Below are positions 57,996-64,000 of a stretch of 64,000 nt of DNA, piece after piece; position 1 is the first letter of the stretch, and each line of letters opens with the position of its first letter. Source of the DNA: Octopus sinensis (lineage: Eukaryota); NCBI RefSeq assembly GCF_006345805.1, contig NC_043010.1:19158001-19222000 (forward strand). Direction: 5' to 3'. The notes below the pieces were generated by a model. The model made no database searches. It worked only from the letters and a program-made list of their open reading frames with translations, and was not told the DNA's origin. The position numbers and the translations under genes were made by a program.

Positions 57996-58289
57996 TATAT
58001 ATATATATATATATCTTTAGTGTAAGAGTGTCCCACATAGTGGATTCTCTCTCATATTTGTGTATATATATATATAATATATACACACACACACCACACA
58101 CACACACATAAACATACATACAGGCAGTGTGGTAAGACGCTTACTTCCCGACCACATGCTTCTGGGTTCAGTCCCACTGCGTGGAACCTTAGGCAAGTGT
58201 CTTCTACTATAGCCTCGGGCCGACCAAAGCCTAGTGTGTGGATTTGGTAGACAGAAACTGAAAGAAGCCCGTTACAACACACACACACA

Positions 58290-58580
58290 CACACGTGAAT
58301 GCGTAAGGCTTAGTGGTTAGAATTCACGATCTTACGATCATGAGTTCGATTTCCGGTTGCGTGTTGAGTCCTTGGGCGCGTTGCTCCAATTCACTCAGCT
58401 GGCAAATATGAGTTGTACCTGTAATTGGAAGGGGGCCAATCTTGTCACATTCTGTGTCACGCTCAATCTTGCTAAGAACTGCGTTAAGACTATGCATGTC
58501 TGTGGAGTACTCAGCCACTTGCACGTTAGTTTCACGGATCAACTGGAACCCTCGTCGTCGTAATCGACAGAGGGCCAATC
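58290..58580 (+). mobile_element. tRNA-derived SINE with Deu/Nin-like central domain
   Basis: TAGTGGTTAG...GAGTTCGATT head; GTCTGTGGAGTACTCAGCCACTTGCACGTTA segment. Confidence 0.6.
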
Positions 58581-58597
58581 AATCAATGAACCAATCA

Positions 58598-58628
<31 letters not shown>

Positions 58629-58706
58629 TGTATGTATGTATGTATGTATGTATGTATATATAGCCTGAACAGGATAAGCTACCCCTATTTTGCAGAAAAA
58701 AGTGTT

Positions 58707-58784
58707 GGCGGCCGGCTATGCGACTCGAACTAACACCTCCGTGATTACGCGTGGCGGTGCTCTGAACCATTAAGCTAAACCGCC
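58707..58784 (-). pseudogene. Degenerate tRNA-like sequence (Thr-CGT-like) or SINE head
   Basis: GGCGGTTTAGCTTAATGGTTCAGAGC...GTTCGAGTC; anticodon stem broken. Confidence 0.45.
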
Positions 58785-59386
58785 CACACCACAAATTCTT
58801 CCGCATTGATCCACTCCACTGAGTAGTAAATGGGTGACCCTTACGAACCACAAGCGTCCCGCTCAGCGCTTTTGCTGGCTCACCCACTGAAAGCTACAAC
58901 GATGCGAGGAAGCGCATTGTAACCAGCGGTGCATAGCAATATCCGACAGAGTAATATATGCATATATTTATTATATATATATTATAATATATATATATAT
59001 ATATATAATATATATATATATATATTTGTATAAAAATATCCATACATATATATGTGTGTGTGTGTGTGTGTGTGTATGTATATATGGATATATATATAAA
59101 TATATGAGAGAGAGGGGGAAGGACAAAGGGAGATAGAGAAGAAGAGAGAGGAGATACATACATCGATATAAACCCATCTAGCCATCAGTATCGCTAACCT
59201 ACCGTATATCATTATGTGTCTGTGTGTGTCTGTGTGTGTATGTGTGTGTTGTGTGGCTGGGTGGATGGATGTGTGTGTGTCTAATTCCAATTAATGAAAT
59301 CTGACAGCACAATTCAATGGTGTCTGTTTAATTATCAATATAGAAGAATGTATATGCTTCTATGCGTGGTAAGTAAAAGCCTGCCC

Positions 59387-59459
<73 letters not shown>

Positions 59460-59474
59460 CGTGCGTGTGTGTGC

Positions 59475-59513
<39 letters not shown>

Positions 59514-59522
59514 TGTGTCTGT

Positions 59523-59553
<31 letters not shown>

Positions 59554-59581
59554 CGTGCGTGCGTGTGTGTGCGTGCGTTGC

Positions 59582-59622
<41 letters not shown>

Positions 59623-59645
59623 CGTGCGTGTGTGTGCGTGCGTGC

Positions 59646-59688
<43 letters not shown>

Positions 59689-60164
59689 TGTGTGTGTGTG
59701 TGAGTATGTGTGTTTCTACATGTGTATGTAAGTGCAAGTGTTTATGTAAATATGGGTGGATGCGTGATCGTGTGTGGACGTGTGTGGGCATCTACTTGCG
59801 TAGGTTTGTATGTAACATGTGTGTGTGTGTGTGTGTTGGCATTACATCCTTCATTCATCTCTATGACAAACCTTTATCACATCTGCACGAGAAAAACTCT
59901 CTAGCTCCTACTATCCCCCCCCCACACAACAGAGTCGCCGCCGCTACAACCCTACCTCGACCCCTAATCCCCCATCCCAGCACCATTCTATCAGTGAAGA
60001 GAGGCAGCCATATGAAGAAGGAAAGTGGATAATGAGGAATTCTTCCCTACGAATTTGCATAATGGAGTGGATGAAGTGCTTCCGTAGAGGTGGCTCGCGG
60101 CGGAACGGTTGCAACTAATTTCCTGTTACGTCTTACACGTGGATATCCACACACACACACACAC

Positions 60165-60210
<46 letters not shown>

Positions 60211-60604
60211 GCACGCACACACACTCACATACACACACACACAGATATAATATGCATATACACATATGTATATCTGTGTGTGTGGTATATATATATATAT
60301 TATATATATATGTATATATAAGTGCGTGTATGTGAATATATAAGCATAGGACCACACATATGTACACCGTACATATATATATATATTTATATGTTTTATA
60401 TGTGCGTCTGCGTATGTCTGTGTTTGAATTTAGTCTTTTTAAATTAAATTTAAACCTACATTCACTAAAAATAAACGATTCTATACAAATGGAAGTCCAA
60501 TATATATTAGATTCATATACAAGGTGACTGTGGACAGTGACTTCGAATAATATGATATGTACGTATGTATGTGTTATATATATTATATATATATATATAT
60601 ATCG

Positions 60605-60636
<32 letters not shown>

Positions 60637-60879
60637 TATAATATATACGCTCACAACACACCACCACACACCATATATTATATATATAATATATATAATA
60701 TACAATATATATATACATATATTTCATACCTTCGAAGAGCGTATTATTAGATAATCGTCCGATTATCTAATATATCCGGTGGGAAACCCATGATAACGTG
60801 TCGTCTGTAATGGATCTGTAATACTGCATACTTTTGATATATATATTTATACACGTACACACAACCACACACCACACAC

Positions 60880-60979
60880 NNNNNNNNNNNNNNNNNNNNN
60901 NNNNNNNNNNNNNNNNNNNNNNNNNNNNNNNNNNNNNNNNNNNNNNNNNNNNNNNNNNNNNNNNNNNNNNNNNNNNNNN
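60880..60979. other. Assembly gap (100 N), followed by (GAA)n
   Basis: Run of N. Confidence 0.99.
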
Positions 60980-61067
60980 GAAGAAGAAGAAGACAGAAGA
61001 AGAAGAAGAGAAGAAGATAGAAAAGAAGAAGAAGAAAGAAGAAGAGAAGAGAAAGAAGAAGAAGAAG

Positions 61068-61100
<33 letters not shown>

Positions 61101-61435
61101 AGAAAGGAAGAAAAAAAAAAAAGAAGAAGAAGAAGAAAGAAGAAGAAGAAGAAGAAGAAGAAGAAGAAGAAGAAGAAGAAGAAGAAGAAGAAGAAGAATC
61201 CTTCTACTAAAGGCAAAAGGCCTGAAATTTTGGGACGAGAGGATTAGTCGATTACATCTACCCCAGTGTTTCACTGGAACTCAATTTATCGACCTCGAAA
61301 GGATGAAAGGCAAAGTCGAAATGGGCGGTATTTGAACTCAGAAACTAAAAACTGACGAAATACCGCTAAGCATTTTTTCCGGCGTGCTAACAATTCTGCC
61401 AACTCGCCGCCTTCTTAATAATAATAATAATAATG

Positions 61436-61490
<55 letters not shown>

Positions 61491-62168
61491 CCTGATATTA
61501 GTGGTTCTCATGACTTTTGATCTTAACTGATTGGAAGTGTTATCATACACATGTTTTATCTTGATATAAAAGATAGGCCACAGCAAATATTCTGTTTGTC
61601 AGCTGATCATGTCTTTTAGAGGCTGGCGATATGTGCATCTCTGATCACGAGCAGAACTAGTGGGGGAGCATCGTAGCCGTATGTTGAGAAGGATTCTTTG
61701 GAGTTTGAATAATTCACCTTTCGCAACATGGGTGTTTCGTTCATCATCCTTAAACAAACTCAATTCAGGGACCTTTTAAGCGGGATAGCTGCTCGACCTG
61801 AAGAAAATCCTAACTGGGCCCCCACCTGCAAGGTCATGCACTCTCTGTCTTGATATGAAATAACCATGTGGCACTCATATGGTCGTGATGCATGTGCTTG
61901 GCGTACCTTTATCAAACAGGTAGTTATGATGGGTATACCGGGCTTTGTATATTTGTACACCAGTGTCACATTGATGGCATGCGGTGCTCTCTCACTCAAC
62001 AACAACAGCAGCAGCAGCAGCAGCAACAACAACAACAGCAACAAAAACAGCAACAACAAGTAACTGTACTTATAGGTTCCCAATCACTAGTTCACAATAT
62101 GTGATGTTGGGGGAATGCATATGTGGGTGTGTATGGATGTATGTATACGCCATGTGTATGCGCCACGC

Positions 62169-62243
<75 letters not shown>

Positions 62244-62948
62244 ATATACAATTGTATGTGTATGTATATGCTATGTGTTTGTCTTCCCCGCATGTACTTC
62301 TAGGTGTACGTGTATATGTATGTATATATGAAAGCGTCTATATACGCATACAATGACAGAGAAGAACTTGGCTTTAGTTGTTAACTTCATAACAGTTGTA
62401 TTTTTTTTTCTAAACTCTTGTAATTCCATATTTGGCAGTGGTTGCCTAATAGACGGGGGACATGGCGAGACCAAGGTCGAGATGGAGAAAGATAAAGACA
62501 GAGAGAAAGAGAGAGACCGAGAGGGACAGAAAGAGATAGGTGGGAGACGGATATGTACAGACGGATAGACAGACAGACAGACAGACAAATACTAATAAAA
62601 CCAATCGCAGTCCAAAAACAGTGTATGATGAGCGAAACTATAAATTATCACTTGTCGCCATTCCAATATGGATGACATCTTTTCCTCTTTTTAACAATTT
62701 CATCGCTGATCAAAGAAAAACAGAAATACGTCTGTATTGTGTCTTTGTTGTCTACTGTTTGTGTGTGTGTATGTGTGTATGTATTTATGTATTATGTATG
62801 TATGTATGTATGTATGTATGTATGTATGATGTATGTATGTGTGTATGTGTGTAGTTAGGTAGGTAGGTTGGTAGGTAGGTAGGTTTACGTGTATGTTGTT
62901 GTGTATGTGTATATATTACAATTTCTTTATGTGTGTGAATATATGTAC

Positions 62949-62984
<36 letters not shown>

Positions 62985-63479
62985 ATTGGGTGTATATGTG
63001 TATATTGTGAGAATCTGTGTATATATTTACATACATATGCACCCTCGCATGCGCACACACGTATACACACACAATATATATATACACTCACATATATACA
63101 TGTGGTACATATGTATAGGTACATGCATACATACGTATTATGTATGTGTGTATGTACTATGATGTGTGCGTGTATGATTAGTTCTTTAGTTCTCTTCACC
63201 ATATAAACCAAACTAGTTACGGTCAAGCTGGAGCAATGCCCAATCATGGACATTTTCTGGAACACTTTCACTTTACGTTTTCAAGCAACGTTGTTGTTGT
63301 TGCTGTATATGTTTTGATGTTCTCATTATTGTTGTAGATGCTGTCCTATTTTTCACCATAGCTCTGTTACATCGTAATTTTACCGATCCTTTACACAGTA
63401 ACGGTGCCAGTGTAACGTGGTGTTAACACTGCGTTATGCTGAGGTAATGCGCAATGTAGCAACACTGCGTCATACTGTA

Positions 63480-64000
63480 CGTATTGAGGCGGGCTAAAGC
63501 GTGCCAATAGTGTGAGTCACGTGAGGAGGGAAACTCACAGAGAGGAAGAAAAACCCCGGTCCCAAATCTTTGCTGCTTTGCGGTCATACCCAGCCATGGG
63601 AAGGCTTCAGGAATAAACCTGAGGGAAAATCAGGAGTTGGAGCCCTTGAGGCAGTTCAACCCTCCTGTGCAACCTCGTTCTGACAACAGCTACGACGACA
63701 CTGCAACGACTGTGCTGTGCCTTTGGATTGATCGGTGATGTGGAGAGTGAGAAGGACCTGTCCTCCATACCATATTGCCCAGGCGCAGGTCCCTATCGGA
63801 CATCCTATATTGGAGAGATAGAATCGGGATCGGACTGGTCAGTCACAGACAACACAGTTTGTATGGGGCAGACAACTAGGACCATCATCCATTGTCGTTA
63901 ATAAGAGACAGAGGTGTCAGAGAACATTAAATACTCAGTCACTGACACTAGGAGACAATGAGTCGTTGTTTAAACAAGAAACAACAGCAGAAAGTAATCT
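63480..64000 (+). mobile_element. Probable 5' UTR of an RTE-type LINE, running off the window
   Basis: AAAACCCCGGTCCCAAA and CCCAGCCATGGGAAGGCTTCAGG resemble RTE 5' ends; no ORF yet visible. Confidence 0.4.

Noticed and set aside
58707-58784. Functional tRNA gene
   Set aside because: Anticodon and T stems are disrupted; treated as pseudogene or SINE head.
60747-61274. Long ORFs spanning the gap
   Set aside because: Artefacts of N run plus (GAA)n.

Overview
AT-rich, microsatellite-laden animal genomic DNA, most likely an octopus/coleoid cephalopod (inferred from the SINE/LINE families and repeat landscape). The only gene I can positively identify is SMU1 (spliceosomal WD40 protein, + strand): its last 10 coding exons lie at 955-19314 with GT-AG introns in consistent phase; the N-terminal ~79 aa are upstream of the window. 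The rest is a mosaic of tRNA-derived SINEs, RTE and RLE-type LINE remnants, Penelope-like fragments, non-autonomous Helitrons, MITEs, mariner/Tc1 and Gypsy remnants, microsatellites and one 100-N gap. Most notable: (1) a very young 2.4-kb foldback-type transposon (22785-25178) with GG...CC ends, 0.8-0.9 kb modular arms and an 8-bp TSD proven by an empty-site copy ~0.8 kb downstream; (2) several minimal hammerhead-ribozyme-like motifs with covarying stems, one on the sense strand of a SMU1 intron; (3) long hairpins and inverted repeats bracketing SMU1 exons; (4) a candidate unannotated gene with a CCAAT + RFX X-box promoter and a 33-bp-repeat acidic exon. Everything is read by eye; no database searches or folding programs were run, and TE boundaries without TSDs are approximate.
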